Shown here: in pieces, positions 40,908-54,597 of the stretch
Layout of the letters: the number at the start of each line of letters is the position of its first letter
Position numbering within the stretch: position 1 is the stretch's first letter
NCBI GenBank assembly: GCA_951406725.2
Contig: OX597824.1
Location: 89,962,001 to 90,026,000 of the forward strand
Length of the DNA: 64,000 nucleotides
Source: Octopus vulgaris
Lineage: Eukaryota
Reading direction: 5' to 3'
Translations under genes and position numbers: made by a program
Notes under the pieces: model-generated
Database searches by the model: none
The model's input: the letters and a program-made list of their open reading frames with translations, nothing else
Told to the model about the DNA's origin: nothing

Positions 40908-41322
40908 CATTCATACAATACACACATAATGACACACATGCATTCAATATGTTGCACAATAAACACACACGTATGCAGCACACTACACACACACACACAC
41001 ACACATACAACATGACAATCCCCCACGTCACTCACAACACCATGCAACTTGCCCCCCCACACACACACACACGTACTGCCACTACCACCGTCACCACTAC
41101 ATCCCACACCACCACATTACACCAATATAATGCTAAAGGCCAACTTTAATGTTAGGTGTAAAGCAGAAATTGTGTTAGGATATAGCTAATATATCTATCT
41201 ATCTATCTATCTGTCTCTCTGTATGTCTGTCTGTCTGTCTGTCCGTCTATCCATCCATCTATCTATCTATCTATCTATCTATCTGTCTGTCTGTCTGTCT
41301 TGCTATCTATCTATCTATCTCT

Positions 41323-41357
<35 letters not shown>

Positions 41358-42385
41358 ACTATCTATCATCTGTCTGTCTATCTATCTATCTAACTATCTA
41401 TCTATCTGTTTATCTGTCTGTCTGTCTCTCTGTCTATCTGTCTGTCTATCTATCTTTTTATATTTCTGTCTATCTGTGTATCTTTCCATCATTTTATTCA
41501 TCCACCCATCTATTTATGTCTATCTATCTCTATCTATCTGTCTGTCTGTCTATATCCATCCATCCATCTCTATTTATCCAGACAGCCAATCAGATTATTT
41601 TGTCTATTCCATTTTTGCATTTCTATCAAAGCCAACTTTGTCCTTGTCCACCAACATATCATTCATTCTTTAACACATCACAGGTATAAAACTTGTGGGA
41701 GATTTCTCCAGCCATTTCTAGCCGGCTGACTGACCACATAGAGGTCTCCCTCATTTGGCTCATATTATGCAAGATTTCTCAAGGTGTAAACTGTCCAAAT
41801 TGCCTCTCTGCACCTCGGTCAACCAACTGCTGGACCACAAACATGGAGCATGATTGAAGGTCAAGGATATCACATCATGTGATATAACATATATCTACTA
41901 TGCTATATCATACCACATCATGTCATATAATGCATGTCATAACATGTTATACTGTGCACTCAATGATACTGTAATTTTATGCCTTCTTTTGTCAATTTTC
42001 TTTTATTTGTGTATTCATGGGTCTGCACATGAATATATATGTATTCTCATTAACATAGATTATATATATATGTGTGTGTATGTGTGTGTGCTCGCATGTG
42101 TATATGGATATAGATGTATGTATGTACATATACATATATATATATATATATATTAAAGACTTATTTCCATTTTTCTCAAGCATCAAACTAAAACACCTGC
42201 CTGTTGTTCCCTCACCTGTCTTTTTCTTTTGTAAATTTGAACTATATATATATATATATATATATGCATATATATTATATATGCATATATATTATATATA
42301 TATATATATGTAAATTGAAACAGTGAAACAGACGTCAATAAACGACACAAGTGGAACATATAAATCCAATATATATATATATATA

Positions 42386-42853
42386 GGTGTAGGAGTGGTT
42401 GTTTGGTAAGTAGCTTCCTAACCAACCACATGGTTCTGGGTTCAGTCCCACTGCATGGCACCTTTGGCAAGTGTCTTCTACTATAGCCTCGGGCCAACCA
42501 AAGCCTTGTGAGTGGATTTGGTAGGTGGAAACTGAAAGAAGTCTTCTACTAAAACCTCGGACAAAGTGGATTTGGTAGATGGAAACTAAAAGAATCCCAT
42601 CGTGTGTGTGTGTGTGTGGATCTATGTGCATGTGTCTGTGTTTGTCCCTTCCCCCACCCCACATCATCACTTGACATGTAGTTTTGGGTGGTGTTTATGT
42701 GCTTCAAACTTAGCAGTTCAGCAAAAGAAACCAATAGAATAATTACCCGGCTTTCAAATGTTATAATAAGTGCTAGTGTTGATTTGGTCAACTAAAATTC
42801 CTAAAGGTGATATTCCAGCATGGCCACAGTCTTATAACCGAAACAAGCAAAGG

Positions 42854-42898
<45 letters not shown>

Positions 42899-43255
42899 GC
42901 ACAGGAGTGGCTGTGTGGTAAGCAGCTTGCTTACCAACTACATGGTTCCAGGTTCAGTCCCACTATGTGGCACCTTGGGCAAGTGTCAGCTTTTGGCAGA
43001 TGGAAACTGAAAGAAGCCCGTCATATATGTATATATATATGTATGTGTGTGTATATGTTTGTGTGTCTGTGTTTGTCCCCCAACATCGCTTGACAACCGA
43101 TGCTGGTGTGTTTACGTCCCCATAACTTAGCAGTTTGGCAAAAGGGACCGATAGAATAAGTACTAGGCTGACAAAGAATAAGTCCTGGGGTTGATTTGTT
43201 CGACTAAAGGTGGTGCTCCAGCATGGCCGCAGTCAAATGACTGAAACAAACAAAA
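42386..43255 (+). mobile_element. Two head-to-tail SINE A copies
   Basis: Copies at 42386-42855 and 42898-43255. Confidence 0.85.
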
Positions 43256-43601
43256 TAATTAATAAATATACATCAAGGGGTCAAAGGTTCTTCTTGAACC
43301 GTAATCCCTTCATAAGAAGGCCAGTTTCCTGGATTGTGGAATATAGACTCATCTCCTGGATGGGAAGCCAGTCCCTTCCAGGATTACTCCCTTTTTTCCA
43401 GCTGAGTGGACTGGGGCAACATGAAATGAAGTGTTTTGCCCAAGGACACAATGCACCACCTGGTCCTGGAATTGAAACCACAATCTTACTATCATGACTG
43501 CAACATCCTAACAACTAGCCCACACAACTCCACATAGGCATATAAGCACGGGTGTGAGTTTGTGTCTTGTTTATCTCTATGTATGTATGTATGTATGTAT
43601 G

Positions 43602-43642
<41 letters not shown>

Positions 43643-43687
43643 GTGTATCTATCTTTCTATCTAGCCAGCCATCTATCTATCTATCTA

Positions 43688-43756
<69 letters not shown>

Positions 43757-44299
43757 TTGTCTATCTATCTATCTATCTTTCTGTATATCTATCTATCCTT
43801 CTATCTATCTGTCCGTCTGTCTGTCTATACACACATATATATTTATTTATACACACACACACACACATACAAACCCTCACATATATATTATTCATCTTAG
43901 TATAGGTCAATTGCCTACAAATTAACACAGAGAAAGAAAAAAGAAAAGAATGCAAATTAAATGATTAAAACCCACGAGAAGAGAACAATAGAAAGAAAGA
44001 AAGAAAGAGAAAGAAGGAAAAAGAGAGAGAGTGAGAGAGAGAGAGAGAAAGAAGGAGAGCTAAAGAGAGAGAGAGAGAGAGAAAGAGAGAGTAATCAGTC
44101 CTTCCCACCAAATAAATAGCAAAGTAAGAAAGGAGAGAATTATATAACAGTGAATAATAGTGTGTGGTGGGCGAGGAGGGATTGTTTTAATAGAGATGCT
44201 TAGCAGCTTCTTTTGTTGACCTTTGCCTTCGATTACTGTCACAAATGGCGACTACTTTTAATTATGTTTATATATTGTGTTGCTTTGTTCCACATTTAT

Positions 44300-44356
44300 C
44301 TCTCTCCCTCTCTCTCTCCCCCACTCCTTCCTCTTCCTGCTTTATCTCTCCATCTC

Positions 44357-44392
<36 letters not shown>

Positions 44393-44830
44393 GCTTTGTC
44401 TCTTTTCTCTTTCCACATTTCTGTCTCTCTACATTTTCCTTTATCTTTATCCTTGTCTGTCTGTCTGTCTCTTTTTTTCTCTCTCTCTCTCTCTTTTTCT
44501 CTTTCTCTCTCTCTTTTTCTTTCTCTCCCTCTTTTTCTCTCTCTCTTTCTTTCTCTGCATTCCTTCCTTTCATTCCACTCCTCTTCTCTCTTCATTTATC
44601 TTTCTCATCTTTCTTTTCTCCCTCTTTTTTCTCTCTCATCTTTAACTTGCTGCCTCTCTCTCTCTCTCTCTGTCTATCTTTCTCTCTAAATATCTCACTC
44701 ATTCTCTCTATTCCTCCCTCTTTCTCTCTCTCTCTGTCTGTCTATCTCTCTACATATCTCACTCATTCTCTCTCTCTCTATCTCTCTACATATCTCATGC
44801 TTTCTCTCTATCCCTCTCTCTCTTTCTCTC
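44300..44830. repeat. (TC)n polypyrimidine tract
   Basis: Directly visible. Confidence 0.95.
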
Positions 44831-45619
44831 TTACTCACACACACACACACACACACGCACACACAAAAGGCCTATTTCACTTCAAACCCAATCAGATTCT
44901 TCCATTGTCTCTCTCTGTGTCTATAAATGGACTGCAGTCCATCTCAGGAAGGCATTGTTTAAATAATGATCTCTTGTGGAAATCTTCTGCAGCAAGAATG
45001 CTCTGTCTGGTTACGGCAGGGGGAGGAGTCAAGGTTGTCTTTGAGGACAAACGCATCGACGATGTGAAAAAGGGGTCAGAAATACTTAATGGTATTTGCA
45101 ATGACGTGAATGTTCCCAGAATCACTAGAGCATCTGTTGAAATGCTTTACAATGTTTAGCTTAAGACCTATATATCCTGGGTTCAATTCCTGTCAAGGTT
45201 AACTTTCCTTCCTTCCAGGGTCAAAAATGATAAAAGTACAGATGCTAATTGGATATTTCTATGAAGAAAGGAAGCAAGCTGGCAGAACTGTTAGTGTGTC
45301 GGTCAAAATGCTTAGCAGCATTTCGTCCGTCTTTACATTCTGGGTTCAAATACTGTCACGGTTGACTTTGACTTTCTTCCTTCCAGGGTCAATAAAGTTA
45401 GTACCAGATGGACACTGGGGTCCATGTAATTGATTTAAACCACCCCAACCCAATTGCTGCTCTTGTGGCAAAATTGGGAATGGAATTCTAAAGAGAACCA
45501 TGTGGCATTACTTGAAAATGCCCAACATGGGCAGTAAACCTGGATACACTGGATGAGGGCACCTTGGAATCATTAAGAGAATACTTATTCATTCTATAGA
45601 CTTACCCCACTGCAAGAGA

Positions 45620-46265
45620 GACGACTGTGTTGGTATGGTCATGTGATGCATATGGACGAGGACAGCTGTGTAAAAAAGTGCTGGTCCCTAACTGTTTAGG
45701 GAATCTGTGTTAGAGGTAGACCCAGGAAGACATGGGATGAGGTGGTGAAGCATGATTTCTGAACTTTTGGGCCTCACAGAGGCAAGGACTAGTGACCATG
45801 ACCTTTGGCGATATGCTGTGCTTGAGAAGACTTGTCAAGCCAAGTGAAATCGTAGTCATGGGCGATGCTGGTGTCACATAACTGGCACCTGTGCAGGTGA
45901 CATGTAAAAGGCACCTTTCAAGCATTGGGCCTCACGGAGGCAAAGTGGTTGAGCTCCTTTTGAATGTTGGGCTTCACAGAGGCAATGACTGAGACCTTTG
46001 GCATTATGTTGTACTTGAAAACCCATCAAGCCGAGCCAAATCACAGTCATGGCAGATTCAGGTGTCACACAAATGGCACCTGTGCTGGTGACTCGTAAAA
46101 ACACCCATTACATTTTTGGAGTAGTTGGCGTTAGGAAAAGCATCTAGCCATAGAAACCATGCCAAATCAGACTAGAGTCTGGTGCAACCCCTCAGCTTAC
46201 CAGCCCTGGTCAAACTGTCCAACCCATACCAGCATAGATAACGGCCGATAAATGATGATGATGAT
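45620..46265 (+). mobile_element. RTE-clade LINE 3' end
   Basis: WYGHVMHMDEDSCVKKC...RGRPRKTWDEVVKHD remnant, then the RTE tail and (GAT)n. Confidence 0.85.
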
Positions 46266-46319
46266 GTGTGTATGTATGTATGGGCTTACCATTCATTTAC
46301 GGAAGGTGGGTCTCCGTTA

Positions 46320-46617
46320 TACAACAAGTCCATTTTTTCACGCTAAGAGTTGCTGAAGCATGGAACAAACTGCCGGCATCAGTTGTTAGTTGTCAGAGCA
46401 GTGCATCCTTCAAAACTTCCATGCTTCCTGAGATTCCCCAACACTACACCTGATTTTCTCCCCTCCATACACACGCAAGCATGTATCTGACTCATACACT
46501 GTTCGCTTTCCAGACATTTGTACATTACTGCATATGCTTTATACGCACTTTTGACAACTTGTGGTGCACCTGAGCACTGTATACAATAATTTCATTATTA
46601 TTATTATTATTATTATT
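46320..46617 (+). mobile_element. CR1/L2-type LINE 3' end
   Basis: HFFTLRVAEAWNKLPASVVSCQSSASFK (typical ORF2 C-terminus), 3'UTR and an (ATT)n tail. Confidence 0.8.
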
Positions 46618-46969
46618 GAAGGGGTGCACTTTCTAGCAATTCACACAAATACATAGAGGATCCCTCGTTTCACTTAAGTTAGGGGTGGACTGGGGGAGGG
46701 GGAGGTGGGACAGTTGACAACTGTTAGAGTTATGTCCCTTGATTAAGGATGAACCATAGAAGTTTTCATGACATTTGTTCTGGAAGTGAAATGATTACAA
46801 CAAAATTGTATTTGTTGAACGATACATCTTGAAGCATTTTGTTCCAGCAGCAAATGGTAAATATCAAAGAAGTGTCTAAGGGCTGCAGCTGATGCTGTTG
46901 CTTTGATCAAACAAAAGATTCTTAATAAACACATTTAAGTCATGATGCTCAACCAGTTTTATTTTTTAT

Positions 46970-47383
46970 TTCTTTATTGCCCACAAGGGGCTAAACATAC
47001 AGGGGACTAACAAGGACAGATAAAGGGATTAAGTCGATTATATCAACCCCAGTACGCAACTGGTACTTAATTTATCGACCCCGAAAGGATGAAAAGCAAA
47101 GTTGACCTCGGCGGAATTTGAACTCAGAACATAAAGACAGATGAAATACCTATTTCTTTACTACCCAGAAGGGGCTAAACACAGTGGGGACAAACAAGGA
47201 CAGACAAAGGGATTAAGTCGATTATATCGACCCCCAGTGCGTAACTGGTACTTAATTTATCTACCCCGAAAGGATGAAAAGCAAAGTCGACCTCAGCGGA
47301 ATTTGAACTCAAAACGTAAAGACAGATGAAATACTGCTAAGCATTTTGCCTGGCTTGCTAACGATTCTGCCAGCTCACCTCCT
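46970..47383 (-). mobile_element. Meta-domain SINE tandem dimer
   Basis: Junction AAAGAAATA-GGTATTTCATCTG near 47150. Confidence 0.85.
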
Positions 47384-47564
47384 TTTATTTTTCTCAATAA
47401 CATACTTTCATCATCCAATCTGCTCTTGAACAAACAAAAAATGGTGGAGCTATAAGGCTGCTATTTCTAGTACCTTAAAGGGATCATATAGGGAGCTCCC
47501 ATGGGCAAACTGCAGCTCATAGGACTTCCTGAATGGCAGGCATAATGAGAAATTACCTTGAATT

Positions 47565-47616
<52 letters not shown>

Positions 47617-47699
47617 ATAACAATTTAATAAATAAAACATATGCATACATACCTACATATATGTACATACCTACATCTATATGTATATATACATGCATA

Positions 47700-47906
47700 T
47701 ATGAGTACAGGACACCACAAATAAACGTAGAACACAACGAGAAATGAAAACATAAAATCAAACAAGGAAACAGACTTTTTTTTAACAACGAAAAAACAGA
47801 GTACAGGACAAACAATACAAGGAAAATTCCCCTTCATCAGCTGCCCCTGGTTCGACTCAATGCGTGTTTCGAAGGTAAGGGCAGAACACGACCCGGCCGA
47901 AGCAGT

Positions 47907-47908
<2 letters not shown>
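47700..47908 (-). mobile_element. Probable Penelope-like terminal fragment in (TA)n
   Basis: CGAAAC and CTGATGAAG motifs followed by a T-rich segment. Flanked by TA-type microsatellite. Confidence 0.4.
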
Positions 47909-47958
<50 letters not shown>

Positions 47959-48031
47959 AGAGTGTGGCTCACCTGATAAGCCATGTGTCATGCAACCAGC
48001 TTCTTGTAGAAGATTGTTCATGTAGTTGCTT

Positions 48032-48077
<46 letters not shown>

Positions 48078-48984
48078 ATGCGTGCGTGCGTGCATCCATG
48101 CATGCGTATGTGTGTTTGGCTGTGAAATATTTGTAAATGAATATCACTGGCAAACGTGAGAGAGAAGGAAACATAACAAAGAAAGGCCCCCAGAGAGAGA
48201 AAGAAAGTAAGAAGGAAAGAAAGAAAGAAAGAAAGAAGACAGAAAGAAAGAAAGAGAGGGAGGGTTAAGTGTAATTTAGATAAGGTGTGTATCAGTGAGT
48301 GTTTGTGCATTCAGAGTCCACATGTGTTTGGTTAGAATATCTATGGTTGTGTGTGTGTGCATTTGTGTGTGTGTGTGCATTTGTGTGTGTGTGTGTGTGT
48401 GTGTTTATGGTTGTGTGGGTGTGTTGAAGGGAGCACGTAAGATGGAGTCTGGGCTTCAGTAAATATATATATATATATTACGATGGAATGTTAAGGAGGA
48501 AATTTACCATTGGTATTGGAATTCCTTGACCCCTGAAAGAACTAATTTAATGCCTCTCCTCCACCCCACCCCACCCCACCTCAGCAACACACACACACAC
48601 ACCATCGGCACCACCCACTCCCTATCTTCCTGCAACTACTTAGCAAATTGGCTGAACTCCCACCACCACCACCAATCATCTCCACCGTCGCCCTCATCTC
48701 TGTATTTGGAAGATCTGTACTGCAGGTTCTTAACTTCACTGTGGCTGTTGCTATTATCTTTATTACAGGGTAGTATAAGGGTGGGCAGCTGAATTGTTAG
48801 CACACTCGGCAAAAATACCACCTTGTGGAATTTCCTGTCTGCCTTTACATTCTGAGTTCAAATCCCACCAATGTCAACTTTGCACTGGGGTCGATGTGAT
48901 TGAGCACTTCCTAGGCTAATTTCTGTTTCACTGTAGAGAGACTTTTTGAGCACCCTATATTAGCAGTAGTAGCAGCAGCAGCAA

Positions 48985-49350
48985 GTGGAGGCACAATGGC
49001 CCAGTGGTTAGGGCAGCAGACTCGCAGTTGGAGGGTCACGGTTTCGATTCCCAGACCGGGCGTTGTGTGTGTTTATTGAGCGAAAAACACCTAAAAGCTC
49101 CACGAGGTCCCGGCAGTGGGGGTGTGGTGACCCCTGTTGTACTCTTTTGCCCCAACTTTCTCTCACTCTTTCTTCCTGTTTCTTGTCCCCGACTTCCTAC
49201 GCAACCACTGAGCCTGGATGTGCATTCATCCATCCGTCGATGCTCTCGGTGTCAGGGGGGGTTGACCTGCTTTCTCTACTGTGGGTCTTAAGAATAGCAA
49301 AGGACCACGTTTCGGACTTCTCCCACTCTGGGACAAAGACCACTTTACTC
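48985..49350 (+). mobile_element. tRNA-derived SINE family C
   Basis: GTGGAGGCACAATGGCCCAGTGGTTAG...GGTTTCGATTCC head. Related copy at 53082. Confidence 0.8.
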
Positions 49351-49827
49351 AACAAACAAACAAACAAAGCAGCAGCAGCAGCAGCAAAGTACTGCTGTCA
49401 ATCTACAATTAACTATGCACCCCACCCCCCTGTAGGCCCCTCCCCTCCAAATTGTGTGCTTTTGTGTTTTATATCAGTGAATTATTACCATCAATTATTA
49501 TCATCAATTGTTACAGCAAATACCAGTCTAGTATTGGGGTTGCTATGCAATCGACGATACCCCTCCCTAAAAGGACAATGTGAGGTCAAGGACCAATGTT
49601 AGTAATCATCATCATCACCACTGTTTTTCCTGTTTTTTCACTTTATTTTTGATGGCGGTCGGGTTAAGTTTTAGTATTCTCATTTGTGAGAGAAGTCGAG
49701 TTTATTTCAGATATTCTTATTTTAAAAATCATCTCTGGCTAATCGTTGCCTAGGCAGAGTTTGGCACTCTCTGAGTGCTCTTGTTATTATTATTATTATT
49801 ATCATTATTATTATAATTATTATCATT

Positions 49828-50040
49828 AAGGCAGCAAGCTGACAGAATCGTTAGCATGCAGGGCGAAATGCTTAGCGGTATTTCGCCTGTCTTAACATTC
49901 TGAGTTCAAACTCCACCAAGGTCAACTTTGCCTTTCATCCTTTCAGGGTCAATAAAATAAGTACCAGTGAAACATTGGGGTCGATGTAATCGACTATTCC
50001 TCTCCCCCATAATTTCAGGCCTTGTGCCCATAGTAGAAAT
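49828..50040 (+). mobile_element. Meta-domain SINE (family B)
   Basis: Family B head and core. Confidence 0.8.
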
Positions 50041-50062
50041 TATTATTATTATTATTATTATT

Positions 50063-50399
50063 GAGTGAGAGAGCAGTGCATGCCATCAAAGTGACACTGG
50101 GGTAAAATATACGAAGCCCAATATACCCATCATGACTACCCGTCTGATAAAGGTACACCAGGCACATGCATCACAACCATATGTGCGCGACATGGTGATC
50201 TCATATCAAGATAAACAGCACATGACCTTGCAGGTGGGGCCCAGTTAGAATTTTCTTCAGGTTGAGTAGCCCATCCTGCTCAAACGGTCCCTGAATAAGG
50301 GTTGCTTTAGGATGTTGAACGAAACACCTATGTTTCCAGAGGTGAACCATTCAAACTCCAAAGAATCCCTCTCAACACATGGCCATGATGCTCCCCCAC

Positions 50400-50400
<1 letters not shown>
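50063..50400 (-). mobile_element. Non-coding interspersed element inserted in (TAA)n
   Basis: Second copy at 14083. (TTA)n arrays directly on both sides. Confidence 0.75.
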
Positions 50401-50442
<42 letters not shown>

Positions 50443-50964
50443 CATTATTATTATTTTTATTACATGGAGTGTGTGTAGTGGCCTGTATGCAAGTTATCAG
50501 CCTCAAATAAACTTTGTAACCAAGCTGACCTCCTCACAATTCATCCTCTAATGGCCAGAAAAAAAGGCATGAATGCCACCACTTCACATTTCCCCTACTA
50601 TAATGCTCATTGATTTCTTCCTTGCATTGTATATAATAAACCAGAAATCCTTGTGTTTCTGCCAATAAAATATTTCATTGCCAAATGCTATCAGCTGATA
50701 AGGGAGCACCTTCCTGTTGGCCCCACTTGGAATTTCTTTAGTGCTTTCCAGGAACTTTTTTTTCCTTCTCTTCTAATGGATTACAACAACCATAACCTCT
50801 CCTACACACACAATGACACACCCTCGACACCCCTCCTCCTCTCATACAAATGGAACACATATTGAAAAAAACATCTTGTAGTAGGAGTGTTCATCATCAT
50901 TATGATTGTCATCATCTTCACCATCACCATCATCATCATCATCTTCATCATCACCATCATCATC

Positions 50965-51483
50965 ATTTCTTTATTGCCCACGGGGGGGGGGGATAAACTC
51001 AGAGGGGACAAATAAGGACAGACAAATGGATTAAGTCGATTACATCGACGCCAGTGCGTAACTGGTACTTATTTAATCGACCCTGAAAGGATGAAAAGCA
51101 AAGTTGACCTCGGCGGAATTTGAACTCAGAACGTAAAGACAGACGAAATACCTATTTCTTTACTACCCACAAGGGGCTAAACACAGAGGGGACAAACAAG
51201 GACAGACAAAGGGATTAAGTCGATTATATCGACCCCAGTGCGTAAATGGTACTTATTTAATCGACCCCAAAAGGATGAAAAGCAAAGTTGACCTCGGCGG
51301 AATTTGAACTCAGAACGTAATGGCAGACGTAATATCTATTTCTTTACTACCCACAAGGGGCTAAACACAGAGGGGACAAACAAGGACAGACAAAGAGATT
51401 AAGTCGATTACATCGACCCCAGTGCGTAACTGGTACTTATTTAATCGACCCCGAAAGGATGAAAGGCAAAGTCAACCTTGGTG
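50965..51483 (-). mobile_element. Meta-domain SINE tandem trimer (~185-bp units)
   Basis: Junctions near 51150 and 51335. Confidence 0.85.
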
Positions 51484-51860
51484 GTAGCAGTGATGTGGCA
51501 GTGTTACAAAGATTGTTGTTTCCCCTCAGGTCAGCCCTGATTCAGCAGACCTATTGTCAAAGACATTCTAAAAGTGACCACCTCATCTATTTGCCAATCG
51601 GGAGACTGTTACACAGTGGTTCTTTTTTTTTTTGTATAATTAATAAGGTGTGGTTTGAGAAATAGCGACCATGCAGGGGCACCTTCTTGGTTTGTTACTT
51701 TGCAAAGGGTTTCTATTCTCAAGTCAGTCCTTGTGAAATAGGTTTATGATCAAAGGTAATCCAAATGTGACCATCCTGTCACTTTGTAATTCAAGAACTA
51801 TTTTGTTCAAAGTTTCCTTCACTTTTCATAGCAGTAGGATGTGCTTTGACTGGTATATTA

Positions 51861-52090
51861 AGGCGGCGAGTTGGCAGAAATGTTAGCACGCTGGGCGAAA
51901 TGTGTAGCAGTATTTCGTCTGTCGTTACGTTGCGAGTTCAAATTCCACCGAGGTCGACTTTGCCTTTCATCCTTTCGGGGTCGATAAATTAAGTACCAGT
52001 TACACTCTGGGGTCGATGTAATCGACTTAATACCTATGTCTGTCCTTGTTTGTCCACTCTATGTTTAGCCCCTTGTGGGTAATAAAGAAT
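51861..52090 (+). mobile_element. Meta-domain SINE (family B), full length
   Basis: GGCGGCGAGTTGGCAG head through AATAAAGAA. Confidence 0.85.
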
Positions 52091-53081
52091 TAAGTACTTT
52101 TAGCAGGTTGAACATTGTTCAAAGTTTCCTTCCCTTTTCATAGCAGTAGGATGTGCTTTGAGTGGTATTTTTAGCAGGTTGAACAACTATGTAAAGGCTT
52201 CTTTGACGGTTCCTGCTAAATGTGCAGGATGTGTAGGAATGATATGATGAAGTGGATACAGTATTAGCCTGCCAATGCATAAGTCTTGATTTCAAATTTA
52301 TTGCAGATGTTTTATTACATCTTTCAGCTGCACACTTAATTCTGTGTCTCGTTTCAGAAATATACTGGCATTTTTGGGAATGTTCCCCAAGTTACACTGA
52401 ATTCATTTCTAAGAGAAAAAAACCCCAAAAAATAAAAACCCCATTCCTTGTGTCTCTCCATTTCTTTTAAGAACATAACTCGGGGAATGAGCCCCTCAAA
52501 GCCCTTTAGAAATTATATCTCACTGCATTAACATGCAGGATGTCAGGATGTGCTGTGTTGTTAACCAAAACACTTCTTCGGCACACTGTGTACTCTTTAA
52601 CCAGTATCTTCTGCTGGTATTATCTTCCCTGCTGGCGTTTTGCCCAGTCAAATGAAATTTATATTAACAATATTGCCGTGTAATTTGTTACCACTTCACT
52701 TAAAGCACTTATGTCATGTCTAAATCTCCAAATATCTGAGATGAGTTATTGGAGATAATAATTTTAAATTTCTAGCTTTATTAATTTTATTTTTTCTATG
52801 GTTTATGTTTTACTCCCCATTTCATTCACTCCAGTCTCTGATAAACTTCAAATGCCCTATCTCTACACGATTGGGTGTATATGTGTGTCTATACTCAGTT
52901 TTATGTTACTTACCCATGGGCTCTTATCCTCAAAAAGTTTGAAGGAGGCAATGCAGTTGCCCTTGACATCAGCAAAGCATTCACCTGTGTCTGAATGTAA
53001 ATTTGATAAAAAAACCTCTGGCCTATGAGTTTCTGCATCTTTGGTTTCTTGTACCAGTGACTTCCTCTCACATCGTACAAT

Positions 53082-53390
53082 CGTGGAGGCACATGGCCTA
53101 GTGGTTAGAGCAGCGGACTCATGGTCAAGGGATCGAGGGTTCAAATCTCAGACCAGACAATGTGTGTGTTTATGAGCGAAACACCTAAGCTCCACGCGGC
53201 TCCGGCAGAAAGTAATGGCGAACTTCTGCTAACTTTTTCGCCACAACTTTCTCATCCTTTCCTCCTGCATCTTGCAGCTCACCTGCGATGGACCAGTGAC
53301 TCAACCAGGTGGGGAACCTATACGGCAAGGAAACCGGGAAACTGGCCCTTATGAGCCAGGCATGGCTCGAGAAGGAACAAACAACAACAT
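53082..53390 (+). mobile_element. tRNA-derived SINE family C variant
   Basis: TGGCCTAGTGG A box, GGTTCAAATC B box, (AAC)n tail. Confidence 0.8.
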
Positions 53391-54016
53391 AGTACCATCC
53401 TACCAGATGTTAATGAAGCTCTCTCTGGCCTAGACTCAAGCTCTCAGTTCTACAGGATTCTCTGATCTAGACTCTAATGCTCAGTTATACAGGAGGGTAT
53501 CATACCCAGGCCAGGTTCTGTTCTCGTCCTTTCTCCTAACCCCAAAGACCGCCTCCTTTCCTCTCTATTGTAGCCCCATTCAGTCAAAGGGGCTTTTAGT
53601 CTTGCAGGCAACATGGTAACCTCATTAGGGCTGGTGCCACAAAAGGGCACCAGTATATTCAGTAATGTGGTTAGGATTAAAAAGGGCATGCCAAAACAGA
53701 GCATGATGAAGCCTTTGGACCTGTTGAATTTTGTCACACTATTCAACCCATGTCAGTATTGAGCTTGGACATTAAATGATGATGATGGTATACATATATA
53801 TACATACAATGGGCTTCTTTCAGTTTCCATTTACCAAATCCAATCATAAGGTTTTTGTTGACTTTGAAATGTTGAAAACACTTGCCTATGCTACTGTGCA
53901 GTGGGACTGAACCAGAAACCATGCAGTTCAGAAGTGAATTTCATAACCACACAGCCAGCCCATGCAATTATATATATATATACATACATACATACATACA
54001 TACATACATAAATATA

Positions 54017-54378
54017 TATAAAGTCATAAATGACAAAGAAATACTTTGGTGAAATTTTATTTAACAATAAGAAAATTCAGATATCATGACAAATTGTTTC
54101 GTAACTTAAAAACTTGTAAATAATCTATATCATAATATTTAACAATAAATAAATTAGTTATATGTCTGCATTAATGCAAAATACAAAAAAAGCCTTTAAA
54201 AATAATGTAGAATTTAAGCTACGCCCTCAGGTGAAAGAAAAGCTTTGTTAAATAGTAAATTCTCAATGCAACATTACAAGAAATTAAAGTTACGAAACAA
54301 TTTGTCATGATATTTGAATTTTCTTATTCTTAGATAAAATTTCTACTCTTATTATTTCTCTGTCATTTACGACTTTAT
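54017..54378. repeat. ~100-bp inverted repeat with ~150-bp spacer
   Basis: TCATGACAAATTGTTTCGTAAC versus GTTACGAAACAATTTGTCATGA, extending outward. Confidence 0.8.
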
Positions 54379-54597
54379 ACACTCCAAATCCTTTTCTCTT
54401 GTATTGTATGATATATTCTATAGGTTTTGTAGAATGACACATTAAGGAGCTTCTTTTGATGAGTACTATCGGGTTACTTGAGTCCATACATTGTGACTTA
54501 GATATATATAAAAGAAAAATAGAAGTTGAAAATGCATTAAGAATAGTTTTTGTATGAAAGTATTCAAGACAGTCTTATTGAAAACACAATGTACAAA

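Noticed and set aside
48985-49065. tRNA-like sequence (also at 53082 and 2487-2566)
   Set aside because: No paired acceptor stem, and each continues into a SINE body, so these are not tRNA genes.
49620-49785. Minus-strand ACAAGAGCACTCAGAGAG...GCCTAGG, resembling a Helentron-associated element end
   Set aside because: Only one terminus is visible, which is too little to call.
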